From positions 32,001-96,000 of IMG/VR virus record IMGVR_UViG_3300044679_000029: a stretch of DNA of 64,000 nucleotides; one strand, given 5' to 3'. How positions within the stretch are numbered: the stretch's first letter is position 1; each line of letters opens with the position of its first letter. Positions 37,261 through 47,255 of the stretch are shown piece by piece. A program made the translations under genes and the position numbers. The notes under the pieces are model-generated. The model saw only the letters and a program-made list of their open reading frames with translations, did no database searches and had not been told where the DNA came from. Source of the DNA: an uncultured virus (IMG/VR IMGVR_UViG_3300044679_000029). Its lineage: Duplodnaviria; Heunggongvirae; Uroviricota; Caudoviricetes.

Positions 37261-38156
37261 GCTACGAAAAGGAAATTAAGTTGTTAGACCATGGGTACGT
37301 AAAGTACGTATGCCATATGGGGTCAGATACAGCTATCGTGGAGGCAGCCCGTATGTCGACGGGCTCCTCCTCGAAGGGCGATGAGGCAGATAGGAAATTA
37401 CTAGATTTTCTGTTTCGGCATGAGCACACATCCCCCTTTGAAATGGCGGAACTTGTGTTGGAAGTTCAAATGCCAATTTTTGTGTTCCGTGAATGGGATC
37501 GACATAGAACACAGGAACTTATAGAAACTGAAATACTGGCTATCTCGACTACGGATAACGCATCTCGCATGTTCGTTAGTAAAAACGAATTCTCTGGCCG
37601 CTACTCAGAAATGCCTGCCATCAGCTATCTACCAACAGCAGATCGACTTGGTAAACAAGGCAAGATTAACAAGCAAGGCACAGAGGGTGACTTGGACGAC
37701 GTAGTTAAGAAGTCCATACTCGATGATCTTAGATTAGATCAGGAAGATGTTAGATCACATTACGAAATGCATCTAGAATACGGTTTGAGCCGAGAAGTCG
37801 CGAGAATTAATCTTGGATTATCGCAATACACCAAGATGCGAATCAAGGCTAACGTTCTCAACTGGTGTCGCTTTCTAGATAAACGACTACGCAACAACGC
37901 TCAATATGAAATTCGAGTTTACGCGCAGGCTGTTGCACAGATTGTTCAAGAACTATTTCCGTGGACTTGGGCTTCATTTGAAGAACACGCGTACAACGCT
38001 GTAAAGTTTAGTGCGTCTGAAATGAAACTTCTTAAGACGTTGTTAAATAGCGTGAATGAAGAAAAGATCGCGCCAGCAATAAATCATCTAAACTGGCCTA
38101 AGTCACGGGTCGAAGAATTTCTACAGAAGTTGGCACTAAATTCAGAGGATCTATAA
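37257..38156 (+). CDS. thyX: flavin-dependent thymidylate synthase
   Basis: AARMS, HTSPFE, RHR...S.NE.SGRY, REVAR, AQYEIR. Confidence 0.92.
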   Translation: MSYEKEIKLLDHGYVKYVCHMGSDTAIVEAARMSTGSSSKGDEADRKLLDFLFRHEHTSPFEMAELVLEVQMPIFVFREWDRHRTQELIETEILAISTTDNASRMFVSKNEFSGRYSEMPAISYLPTADRLGKQGKINKQGTEGDLDDVVKKSILDDLRLDQEDVRSHYEMHLEYGLSREVARINLGLSQYTKMRIKANVLNWCRFLDKRLRNNAQYEIRVYAQAVAQIVQELFPWTWASFEEHAYNAVKFSASEMKLLKTLLNSVNEEKIAPAINHLNWPKSRVEEFLQKLALNSEDL

Positions 38157-38157
38157 A

Positions 38158-38682
38158 ATGTTAATAGGGGTTGGATATAAAGCGCGCGTGGGTAAGGATG
38201 TAACCGGAGATTATCTTGTCCGGCAATACGGTTATCAGAAAATTGCCTTTGCAGACCCGCTGAAATCAGCGGCTCACTGCATATTTGGTTTCTCAGACGC
38301 GCAATTAAATGGCGCGTATAAAGAAGTAGTTGACCCATTCTGGGGTATCTCGCCACGCGAAGTGCTTCAGAAGTTGGGGACCGACGGGTGTCGTTCTCTT
38401 TTTGGAGATGATATTTGGGTCAAGGCACTTGTACGCCGCCTTGACCCAAACGTTAATACAGTTGTGGTTGACATACGTTTCCCCAACGAAGGAAAAGCCA
38501 TCAAGCAAAATGGTGGGATCTTAATCAATGTCGTTAGAGATAATGGTATACCAGGAACCACCCATTCCCACATTAGCGAATCTGCTATGGATAGTTTTAC
38601 GGATTGGGATGGCGTATTGCGGAACAATGGCAGCTTCGCCGATCTGTATAAACAGATTGACGACCTGGTAATGACGTTTTAG
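38158..38682 (+). CDS. deoxynucleoside monophosphate kinase
   Basis: GYKARVGKD, AFADPLK, REVLQKLGT, DIRFPNE, HISE. Confidence 0.9.
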   Translation: MLIGVGYKARVGKDVTGDYLVRQYGYQKIAFADPLKSAAHCIFGFSDAQLNGAYKEVVDPFWGISPREVLQKLGTDGCRSLFGDDIWVKALVRRLDPNVNTVVVDIRFPNEGKAIKQNGGILINVVRDNGIPGTTHSHISESAMDSFTDWDGVLRNNGSFADLYKQIDDLVMTF

Positions 38683-41600
38683 ATAATCGTATTTGGTGCT
38701 AGGTACAGGGGGCCACCGGTAGCTAAGTTTGAGGGGGGCAATATAGGCCAAACATAATTAGTCAAATAAGTTATATTATTATCGTCGTAAAAACCTGGAG
38801 AGGCAGTCATGTTACCGGTGATACTAATATTTTCGTCTCCTGATAACGCTAAGGAACTATCGCTACTAAATAGTATTGATACAACAGGCGTACCGGTCGC
38901 ATACGGGGTGGTTATCGCCCCGGTAGAGGCATCAATTATTGCCTGACTATAGTGTGTTGTACCACTCCCAGAATATATGGTTATTGCCGGGCCTGCATTA
39001 ATTACGTTATTAGCCACTAATATATTCTCGCGACTATTAAAGAAACTAACTAAGCCGGTGCAAGTTGCGTCTATATAATTACCACTAAAATTACAAGAAC
39101 TCGTTCCTGTAAATGCAGCCACTGTTAGTAATTTATCAGCGGGAATATAGATATAAGAATATCCGACGCTATTCATAAATGAATTATTAACAACAGACAC
39201 ACCAGATATATAACACGCTGCCGATGACACAGTCCCGATAAATAATGGCGCGCTTGGTGGTGACGGATAGGTTAGAACCACAGCTTCCGATCCTGTATTA
39301 AAAAAAGAATTTCCGGATATCATTATATTACAAATATTGTTAACTTCATTTGACCACATCCCTAGGATTCCGCCGTTCTGAAAAAGAGAGAACTGATTTC
39401 CTGAAATAGTCGCGGTAATATTATTTGCTCCTGTAACTAAATTACCGCCGAGATACACGCCGGTATGATCAACGCATGGGTAAGTAGTAATAGTATAACC
39501 GCCCAAAGTACCAATAAAATTATTACTAGAAATTGTGATTGTGCCGTCCGAGGCTGATGGTGTGTCGACGAAAACGCCGGCCATTACACCGTAACCAGAA
39601 CCTTGGCTACCGCCTACTAACGACCACACTGGCGCTTCTACTTGAAATACGTTACCGGTGATGGATACATCACCAAGACCATGCCAGTAAACACCACAGG
39701 ACATAATGGCGTACGGATTAGACCCAAGGGTCCATGAACCAGATAAGTTTATTTTTTGACTATTGTATACTGTATTACCAGTGAATGTCGTAAGTCCGCT
39801 GCTATTTAGGTAGCAAAGAGGTGAAGGAGCTGTACCTATAGAGCCGGTAGGGCTGCCATTAGTTTGAGTAGCAACACTAGAAATAGTATTACCTGTAAAA
39901 GTTCCGCCGCCAAGTACTTCGAGTAGATAGCAGTTGGCTTCAATCCAAGTTACACCGCTAGGCGCGCCCCATGAAATATTACTATTAGACACATTGGCTG
40001 GACACTCTAAAACCACCAGTGAGGGATTTCTAGCACCAGTCGCGCCGTTGGCCGTGTTACTAAGTGTACAGTTTGTAATAGCTATAGATTCACAGGTCGC
40101 GACTACTGCTGCAGCCTGACGATTTAACTGAATATTGCAATTAGATATAGTTGCAACCGAGTTATCTGAGAGTAACTGAAATATCGGAGTAATAAATGTT
40201 TCAGGTTGCGCGTCGACAAGTTGTACGTTATTTATAAATACTATGGGGGATGTTGCTGAGGTTGAGATAACTGCCCCGCCTACACCATCCTCTAAATAGC
40301 AGTTAGTAAAATAGAGCGAGTTAGAACCGGCTGCGGTATACGCGCTAAGGCAATAGGCTCCGATGTTCGCAAAATGACACTTATCTACAATAGCAGACGC
40401 CACCAGGGCTGTACCGACTAATATTGCGCCATTGGCAGTGGATGAAGGTGAACTACACACATTCTCAAATGAACAACCGTCGAACACAGTTGCAAAATCA
40501 CACGCGTCAGAAGAATGGTCCAAACTGGTACCCATCGTAGCTTTGATTGCTACTGCGGCGTCTGTGCTATTCATAAACGTACAATGTACGAACTCTGTTC
40601 GGCAATTACTTTCGTATTCTGAAACCGCTACAGGCGTTGTAAATGTTCCACCGGCAGCGTAGCCATCGAAAGTACAGTATACGAGCCTGCTACTTTGAAC
40701 TTGTAGCCAGTGAGTATCTGTGGCTGGCGAAGCGGCTACGAATTGAGATGCTGACGACCCAACGCTATCAACACAGAAAGATACGTTTTCAACAATACAA
40801 TTTCCCAGCGATAGTGTTATATAGTTCGCATTACTGATCGCAATCTCAACCAGATTTTCTGTCGTAGAACTCTGTTTTCCTACGATATGTATATTACTAA
40901 GTACTTTACTAGTAGCTCCACTAGTTGAACCGAATGCTGCGGCACCATTATATACCCATAACTCTTGAACCTGATTAGGGGACAGTGCTGCTATACCGGC
41001 CTTATTTATAGATTCCAAGAACGCAAAAGCATCATCCAGCTTTGAAAAATTCATCTCGGTGCCAGTACCGTCGCCGACCTTAATCGGTTGTCCGGTACCC
41101 ATGGACCAGCCATTAGCACAAACAGACCCAGATGTTCCTGTTTGGCCTGGGCCATAATAATTTGTGCCGTTCCAATATCCAATATACACATCTTGATTTG
41201 GATTAAACGACGCAGCCTCTCGAAGAAACATTGTGCCGTCATGAAACACAATCGTTCCTGCTGGTGTAGAACTTGGTGTGAGTGTCAACGGTGATGGTGT
41301 GACTACGCTATAATATGTTCCCTGAATAAATGCGCTAAGTGGTGTAGTGCAGGTCAACGTTGGACTTGTATACTGCACTGCGCCCTGTGTAAAGTAGTTA
41401 CCTATATTCTGAACTGCCTCGAACGTTGTCAGCGCGTTTTCGCAAACACCATTATAGACATCAGTTAAAGTTGCCTGAAGAGCGCCGGGAGGGATGTTTC
41501 CGAGTACGGGTGGTGATGTCGGATCAGTAAGTTGCGCGACACCAATCGTAGCTGCAATTAATCCATTAATATCTGCAGCAAGATCCTGTATCTGTTCGTA

Positions 41601-42908
41601 GGTAGTTCCTGCTGGAACTGTTAGCGTCTGTCCGGTTAGATACGCGTTATTCGTAGCTGTGGTAAACAAGGCGTCATACCCACCAATCGGGCTGGTTGCT
41701 GACCCTGAAACCGGATTAGGTAGAACTTCACCACTTGCTAAAATAAGTTCGCCGTTTAAAGCAACTTTAGCAATCGGTATTGCGTACTCAATAAGATTTG
41801 TAAACTGCGAAGTATTAACGATGCTAGCGGCAGTAACAGTCGTTCCGCTTGTAGGCAAAGACGTCTGAAAAGGATATACGCTGACGCTATAAACATTCGA
41901 ACCAAGTATCGAAGCGTTAGCAATAAACGAGACGGCTTGGGGCACAACTTGGGTGCGACGGTAATCCCAATTACCGAACATGATAGCCAAACCATCACCG
42001 ACTTTTAAGGGATTAGTCGAACCGTTAAAAGGAGAACTGCCGATGATAGAAAGACTACTAGCAAGAATATCGTGTCTTTCGGCGTCGAAACCGCCAGATA
42101 GTGTAAACGTTAGAGACGTGGTGACCGACGGATTTGGAAATACGAGATCAGTACCGGTGAACGACCCAGATGGATCTGGGTCGTTTCCAGATGTAACAGT
42201 AACAAGACCAGTTGACTGGCCGACGAGTGGCGCTGCTGACAGTGCAGCTGCTACGGTATCCCACGTAGTAGCTGGTCCGGCTGTAACATTAATTATATTT
42301 TGAAGAAGTGACGAGCCGCCGATATCTACTGGTACGCCAACAATATACCCACCGCTTAAAGATGGTGCCGATGCACTAGAACCGGCGACAGAAGAATAAG
42401 TTAAGACTAGTTGTATTGTATTACTGCCATGCATTTCTAGCCAGTTAGCCGCTAATGCAATGCCATTAGATTGTGAATACCCGGCGTTATAACACACTAC
42501 GCCGGCTAACGTATTTACGGCCGGAGAGTTTATGGGCTCTATATGTAGGGTTGAAGTCGGATTACCGTCCTGGCCTTGGTCGATCCAAACGGCACCTGAA
42601 CCATTAATACCGGTATTTGGGGAACCGCTAACATAAGGACCATCCCAATAAATAGAAGCTGCTACACCAGATGCACCGTCTAAGCAATAAGACAATCCGA
42701 GGTTATCAGTTATAATTGCCTCATGGTCATTTAAGAATTTACGAATTACTTCTGTGCGGTTACGAAGATTTTCTGTATCCCGATTAAGAGCTGCCGCATT
42801 GATCGGGTCCACGCCGTCTTGCATCGGTTGAATAGACGCCGGAAGATCCTGGCCGGTGTCTGTCACACCGACTATTACAGGGATTATTTCATAATTTACT
42901 GGCATCAA
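38679..42908 (-). CDS. large tail fibre/spike with beta-helix-like repeats
   Basis: 1409 aa; N-terminal NR.TENLRNRT; repeated TFTGN/ISGN/ITGN. Confidence 0.7.
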   Translation of the reverse strand: MMPVNYEIIPVIVGVTDTGQDLPASIQPMQDGVDPINAAALNRDTENLRNRTEVIRKFLNDHEAIITDNLGLSYCLDGASGVAASIYWDGPYVSGSPNTGINGSGAVWIDQGQDGNPTSTLHIEPINSPAVNTLAGVVCYNAGYSQSNGIALAANWLEMHGSNTIQLVLTYSSVAGSSASAPSLSGGYIVGVPVDIGGSSLLQNIINVTAGPATTWDTVAAALSAAPLVGQSTGLVTVTSGNDPDPSGSFTGTDLVFPNPSVTTSLTFTLSGGFDAERHDILASSLSIIGSSPFNGSTNPLKVGDGLAIMFGNWDYRRTQVVPQAVSFIANASILGSNVYSVSVYPFQTSLPTSGTTVTAASIVNTSQFTNLIEYAIPIAKVALNGELILASGEVLPNPVSGSATSPIGGYDALFTTATNNAYLTGQTLTVPAGTTYEQIQDLAADINGLIAATIGVAQLTDPTSPPVLGNIPPGALQATLTDVYNGVCENALTTFEAVQNIGNYFTQGAVQYTSPTLTCTTPLSAFIQGTYYSVVTPSPLTLTPSSTPAGTIVFHDGTMFLREAASFNPNQDVYIGYWNGTNYYGPGQTGTSGSVCANGWSMGTGQPIKVGDGTGTEMNFSKLDDAFAFLESINKAGIAALSPNQVQELWVYNGAAAFGSTSGATSKVLSNIHIVGKQSSTTENLVEIAISNANYITLSLGNCIVENVSFCVDSVGSSASQFVAASPATDTHWLQVQSSRLVYCTFDGYAAGGTFTTPVAVSEYESNCRTEFVHCTFMNSTDAAVAIKATMGTSLDHSSDACDFATVFDGCSFENVCSSPSSTANGAILVGTALVASAIVDKCHFANIGAYCLSAYTAAGSNSLYFTNCYLEDGVGGAVISTSATSPIVFINNVQLVDAQPETFITPIFQLLSDNSVATISNCNIQLNRQAAAVVATCESIAITNCTLSNTANGATGARNPSLVVLECPANVSNSNISWGAPSGVTWIEANCYLLEVLGGGTFTGNTISSVATQTNGSPTGSIGTAPSPLCYLNSSGLTTFTGNTVYNSQKINLSGSWTLGSNPYAIMSCGVYWHGLGDVSITGNVFQVEAPVWSLVGGSQGSGYGVMAGVFVDTPSASDGTITISSNNFIGTLGGYTITTYPCVDHTGVYLGGNLVTGANNITATISGNQFSLFQNGGILGMWSNEVNNICNIMISGNSFFNTGSEAVVLTYPSPPSAPLFIGTVSSAACYISGVSVVNNSFMNSVGYSYIYIPADKLLTVAAFTGTSSCNFSGNYIDATCTGLVSFFNSRENILVANNVINAGPAITIYSGSGTTHYSQAIIDASTGAITTPYATGTPVVSILFSSDSSLALSGDENISITGNMTASPGFYDDNNITYLTNYVWPILPPSNLATGGPLYLAPNTII

Positions 42909-42954
42909 AACCTCGTTACAGTAAGTATAGCAGCCGCTTTATTTTTAGCCAAAA

Positions 42955-44700
42955 TTAAGTCGGGAATAGGTCACTGAAGCAAAATGTATAACTCGGTTTT
43001 CCGGCCAGGATGACATCTTGGAACTGTGCATTAGTGAATGCTAGCCCAGCTGTAACTGTTGCGGAATCTACAACGATTTCAAATGAGTTCCATTTGATAT
43101 ATCGATTAAATACCTGATAGGCGTAGTTATGATGTAACGGTGGCCTATTGGCCAGATTTGGTATAAAGCCGTCCTCATCAGCCCCGCAGATTAACCCTGG
43201 GTCGCCGCACACTGGAACGTCATAGACGTCAGGTAGTACGTAACCACTGTATAGTTCGTTGAAATAGTTAACATCTCCCGTGCCTGTTGAGTCTACTGGT
43301 AGTCCACAGATTAACGGGTAAAGATTTGGTGTAACCTGTGAACGGCCGGCCCAGAATGCCGCGAAGTTCGCGACGTCTGTTGGGCTATTAACCACGTTAC
43401 CGGGTAATGGTGGAGGCGGTGCCAGTGTCAATAAATTAGGTGGAATATTTTGATCATACCACCACGTTGGGTCATTAACATAATCGTTGACGGTGAACGC
43501 CGAACTGAATGGTTCAAATGCTTGTAAAGGGAATGGTGAAGGTGGAATAGCCGTAATAGCAGACTGTATATCAGCGCGCAGCGGCATAGCTGAGTTAAAC
43601 GGCCCATATACGTCTAAGTTAGTCGTGAGTATCCCTGTAACAGAGTCGTATGACAGTGCTACCTCGCTATCTGAGGTCGCTACAGGAAAACCATTCATAA
43701 CATTAAGCGCAGCTTCCATACGCGTTACAGCTGGGCCTAACATGAAGTATTGAAACACGCCCTGGATTAAAAGCTTATAGGTTTCAGACGAGGGTTGAAA
43801 AATTCCAATCAGAGAGCCAAAATTATTAGCTAACCAAAACTCATCGATTTGGGCGTCTGGTGCCCACATACTTATTTGGGCGACTGTGGGCGCGCTTTGA
43901 AGAGACCACTGAACACCAACTGTCGGTTGTAGAAGTACGTTCTGTCCGGATACGAACGATAAAGTACAGTCGTTCTCGTCTGTGACTGTCGCTATAGCAT
44001 ACGTGCCGGATACGTTATTGACTGTAGAAGTCAACTGAAGCTGATGTGTCGTGTCATATGGCGTCAATTCAATGCTGTCTGAATGAAAGACATTTGACGC
44101 GGTAGAGGGCAAATTACCAACGATACCATCGCCACCAGTTTGATATACAACTGGAACTATGTTTACTTCGTTATATGGAACGCCAGCGACTACTGAACCA
44201 TTGTTAGCAGTAAACGGGTCGGAAAAGAATTGTATGTATGTAGTCTGCTCGGTTCCAGAGGGATCTACTTCCTGTAGTAATACATAATCTAATCCGTATT
44301 CCCAGATGACGTTTGGACCAAATATTTGATTATATAGGTATTTAATGTCTACGATATTATCAGGAAGTGCGATGTTATATGTCGCTGCGCCGGGACCAGT
44401 GCCCCACGGTGAACTTCCGCCCCACGGATAACCACCACCCCATACTGGGGTTCCTGTGTACGTAACTTCAACTTGCGCCTGGTTAAACACTAAGTTTTGC
44501 CAGAGTTCCGTATGAAAAACAGGGCAATTATTTATAGATGAGGTAAGAACAGTTTCAAGCATATTAAGATATACTTGTCCTAATAGCTGCTCAGTTCCCT
44601 GAAAATAGCCATTTAACGTCGCCTGATCGGCGAATAATCTCTGCCAAAAAGTCGAGAGACCGGTCAATAGGTTTTGGGAGTTGTTACTTACAATAGCCAT
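42955..44700 (-). CDS. baseplate wedge-like protein
   Basis: Next to baseplate J; C-terminal KPSYT. Confidence 0.6.
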   Translation of the reverse strand: MAIVSNNSQNLLTGLSTFWQRLFADQATLNGYFQGTEQLLGQVYLNMLETVLTSSINNCPVFHTELWQNLVFNQAQVEVTYTGTPVWGGGYPWGGSSPWGTGPGAATYNIALPDNIVDIKYLYNQIFGPNVIWEYGLDYVLLQEVDPSGTEQTTYIQFFSDPFTANNGSVVAGVPYNEVNIVPVVYQTGGDGIVGNLPSTASNVFHSDSIELTPYDTTHQLQLTSTVNNVSGTYAIATVTDENDCTLSFVSGQNVLLQPTVGVQWSLQSAPTVAQISMWAPDAQIDEFWLANNFGSLIGIFQPSSETYKLLIQGVFQYFMLGPAVTRMEAALNVMNGFPVATSDSEVALSYDSVTGILTTNLDVYGPFNSAMPLRADIQSAITAIPPSPFPLQAFEPFSSAFTVNDYVNDPTWWYDQNIPPNLLTLAPPPPLPGNVVNSPTDVANFAAFWAGRSQVTPNLYPLICGLPVDSTGTGDVNYFNELYSGYVLPDVYDVPVCGDPGLICGADEDGFIPNLANRPPLHHNYAYQVFNRYIKWNSFEIVVDSATVTAGLAFTNAQFQDVILAGKPSYTFCFSDLFPT

Positions 44701-46733
44701 TAGACCGCCTGAAACTGAATATCGTCAACGTTAAGGAGCGGCTGAACTGTGCGGCCAGAAATACCGAGTAGTGATGGATTAGAAATATAGAACGGGCTTG
44801 TAGAAGCCAGTTGAATATGATTCGTATCTATTAGCACGTAATCTGTTGTTTGATACGGTATTACGTTTCCGTTTGGGGCCCATAGGTCATAATTTACAGT
44901 GTAAAGTAAATTTGGAGTACCAGGGACATACGGGTAACACGATAGTAACATAGGGAAATTTGCTAGCACGAATGAAATTATATTCGACACGTGGAGAGTT
45001 TCACTTGCAGGAAACGTATTAACATAATTAACTATTGCCGTCGCGCACGCCTGCTCACTAAAGGCGCCCGCGTTAGCCGGGGGACTTGGATTCAAGGTGT
45101 AGCCCAATGTGAAATTTAGGTAGGCTGCGAATAGTCCCTTGGCTAAGATAGACGCTGCGGGATTCCTATTAAATTGATTCGTACAATACTCGTCTATGTC
45201 GCCGAAGTCAGCTATGGTGTCATACACAACCGTGATAGGATTTCCGTCTTGCGAATCATCGTTAGCTACATAAAGCAACACTAGTTGTTCGGCTGATGAC
45301 GCCCACGCGGGAGTGCCGCAATATAAAGCATAATCATTTAGTCCAAGACTAAATGTGGGGGGGGCACCGTTTTGCTGGGTGTACGAAACAAGACCGTTAG
45401 TATTAGCGAATGAACTAGTTGGGTCATAAACGTTTACAGACGAAACCTGATAAATTGGGGTCTGCGGCATTCCTACTGCGCCGGAGATAAACATTATATC
45501 CGTGCACTCGCCGTTTTCGTTAGACGAAAGGTTATTAATCTTGTCATAATAGTTTGGTGCTACTGCTCCAATGCTATACGGCAACCCAGATGTGATTTGC
45601 GGGAATGGTGAGAGCGGTGATATTTGAAGATAGGGGCCGTTTACGGACTGAACCAGATAAGAATACGTGGTGCTCTCGAATACGATGTTTAGGACGTCAC
45701 CAAATACAATATTGCCGCCAATGGACGTTGAATTGAAAGTATTTCCGTTTGGTGTACCGTCTGAATTAAAGAAAGTACTATCGGTAAATATCGTAATATC
45801 GGGAGACGGATTGGTGAAGAAACCGCCGACTGTTCCAGTAAACGTTTGGTTGGGGGCTATAGTTCCGCCGACATATACGTCAACATTATCGCCGGCGTGT
45901 ATCAAGCCGATGGAGGACGCATCAGGTACTACGTCCCGTTGCATTTCTGGGTCGCCGTACGCTACCACGACCACTTCGCTAATCTGCGGGAAGTTGGTAG
46001 TTAGAGTTGTACTAATCGCACGATTTGAAGTCAGATCGCGGAGAGTTATAGCCGTTGGCGCTGCGGCTAGTAACTGTGAAGACGTTTCCGTGTCTAAGCC
46101 GCCCGTGAAGGTAGTAGTACTGACGATTTGTGTAATATACGGATTAAATGGAGTATAACTAAGAAATGTCGTTGGTTGAATATTGTACTGTACACCAACG
46201 CCAGTACTGATTACGGGGATGCTGCATTGATACTGTTGAATTACGCCCAGTGGGTTTACAATAGGAGTAAGTTGCGTAGACGGAATAAGAAGATTAGTGG
46301 TTGAGTTAAGTGTGAAAGATGTAGTAGCATTAGCATTAAACAACGCCGTAGGCGGAACTAACACGTCAGTGAGCTGACTCAGATAACAAACTACGAAACC
46401 GGTTGAGTTCTGTCCTGCCGTAGGTTGAACGAACAAGTTAGACATTAGAGCATTGACCGCGTTATCCTGGTCAGCTCCTGCCGGCATCGCTGCTACATTG
46501 GCGACACTTAATCCTTGCTGAATTGTCGTGATCTGATAATTAAAGTACGCTACGACGTATGAAATGGCGTTCACAGTTAGATCGTACAGTGCACTGCCCA
46601 CGGAGAAGTCGCCTTGTGGCAACGCGCTAGAGAGATACTGCTGCAAGAATGTATTAGCTGCGGAAAGATCGTCTGCGCTAATTGTGATAGTCTCCGCCGG
46701 AGTTGTTATGGTTTCTGGGTTTGTAGTAGCCAT
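44700..46733 (-). CDS. baseplate J-like protein
   Basis: D.SVGSAL.DL, G.QYNI, FTGGLDTET, GDPEMQRD. Confidence 0.75.
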   Translation of the reverse strand: MATTNPETITTPAETITISADDLSAANTFLQQYLSSALPQGDFSVGSALYDLTVNAISYVVAYFNYQITTIQQGLSVANVAAMPAGADQDNAVNALMSNLFVQPTAGQNSTGFVVCYLSQLTDVLVPPTALFNANATTSFTLNSTTNLLIPSTQLTPIVNPLGVIQQYQCSIPVISTGVGVQYNIQPTTFLSYTPFNPYITQIVSTTTFTGGLDTETSSQLLAAAPTAITLRDLTSNRAISTTLTTNFPQISEVVVVAYGDPEMQRDVVPDASSIGLIHAGDNVDVYVGGTIAPNQTFTGTVGGFFTNPSPDITIFTDSTFFNSDGTPNGNTFNSTSIGGNIVFGDVLNIVFESTTYSYLVQSVNGPYLQISPLSPFPQITSGLPYSIGAVAPNYYDKINNLSSNENGECTDIMFISGAVGMPQTPIYQVSSVNVYDPTSSFANTNGLVSYTQQNGAPPTFSLGLNDYALYCGTPAWASSAEQLVLLYVANDDSQDGNPITVVYDTIADFGDIDEYCTNQFNRNPAASILAKGLFAAYLNFTLGYTLNPSPPANAGAFSEQACATAIVNYVNTFPASETLHVSNIISFVLANFPMLLSCYPYVPGTPNLLYTVNYDLWAPNGNVIPYQTTDYVLIDTNHIQLASTSPFYISNPSLLGISGRTVQPLLNVDDIQFQAV

Positions 46734-46734
46734 A

Positions 46735-47253
46735 TTATGTTATCTCGATCCCGGGCGGTAGAGCATTCAATGTTGTTGGCGGTAGGAAGTCAAGCGGCAA
46801 ACCTAAGACCATTATTTGACCAGAGACAGACACAAGTTTGATATAAACGTCAAATCCACTGTTGTCAGTATTAAGTATTAAACTCGTGATATTCGCTCCG
46901 CCTAGCGCTTCATTAGGATCTGTCACCACGCCAGTTTGATAACCAATTATAGTGGCTGTAGTCTGGCTGACGCATGTTGTTAAGAAGTCTGCTAAGTCTG
47001 TGGAATTCGTGATGTTTGAAGAGAATAGCGCAGGAAACTGACTACCGTAGTTTTGGTCATTTAAATCAGTACCAGTCTGGGTCAATAAGCACTTAGTCCA
47101 TTTTAGCAGAGTTTTATAGAATCCTGTTGTTAGAGCAGACTTCTGTGTTGTGGTTCCCTGAACATTGCCGAATGTAAAATTAAATGTACCGGCGGGTGGA
47201 TTAGAACCTGGGACGGGAGTTACCTCAAGCAATAGATCATAAGTAGTAGCCAT
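46735..47253 (-). CDS. gp25/GpW-like baseplate protein
   Basis: KCLLTQTGTD...YGS, DPNEAL; position before J. Confidence 0.6.
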   Translation of the reverse strand: MATTYDLLLEVTPVPGSNPPAGTFNFTFGNVQGTTTQKSALTTGFYKTLLKWTKCLLTQTGTDLNDQNYGSQFPALFSSNITNSTDLADFLTTCVSQTTATIIGYQTGVVTDPNEALGGANITSLILNTDNSGFDVYIKLVSVSGQIMVLGLPLDFLPPTTLNALPPGIEIT

Positions 47254-47255
47254 GG

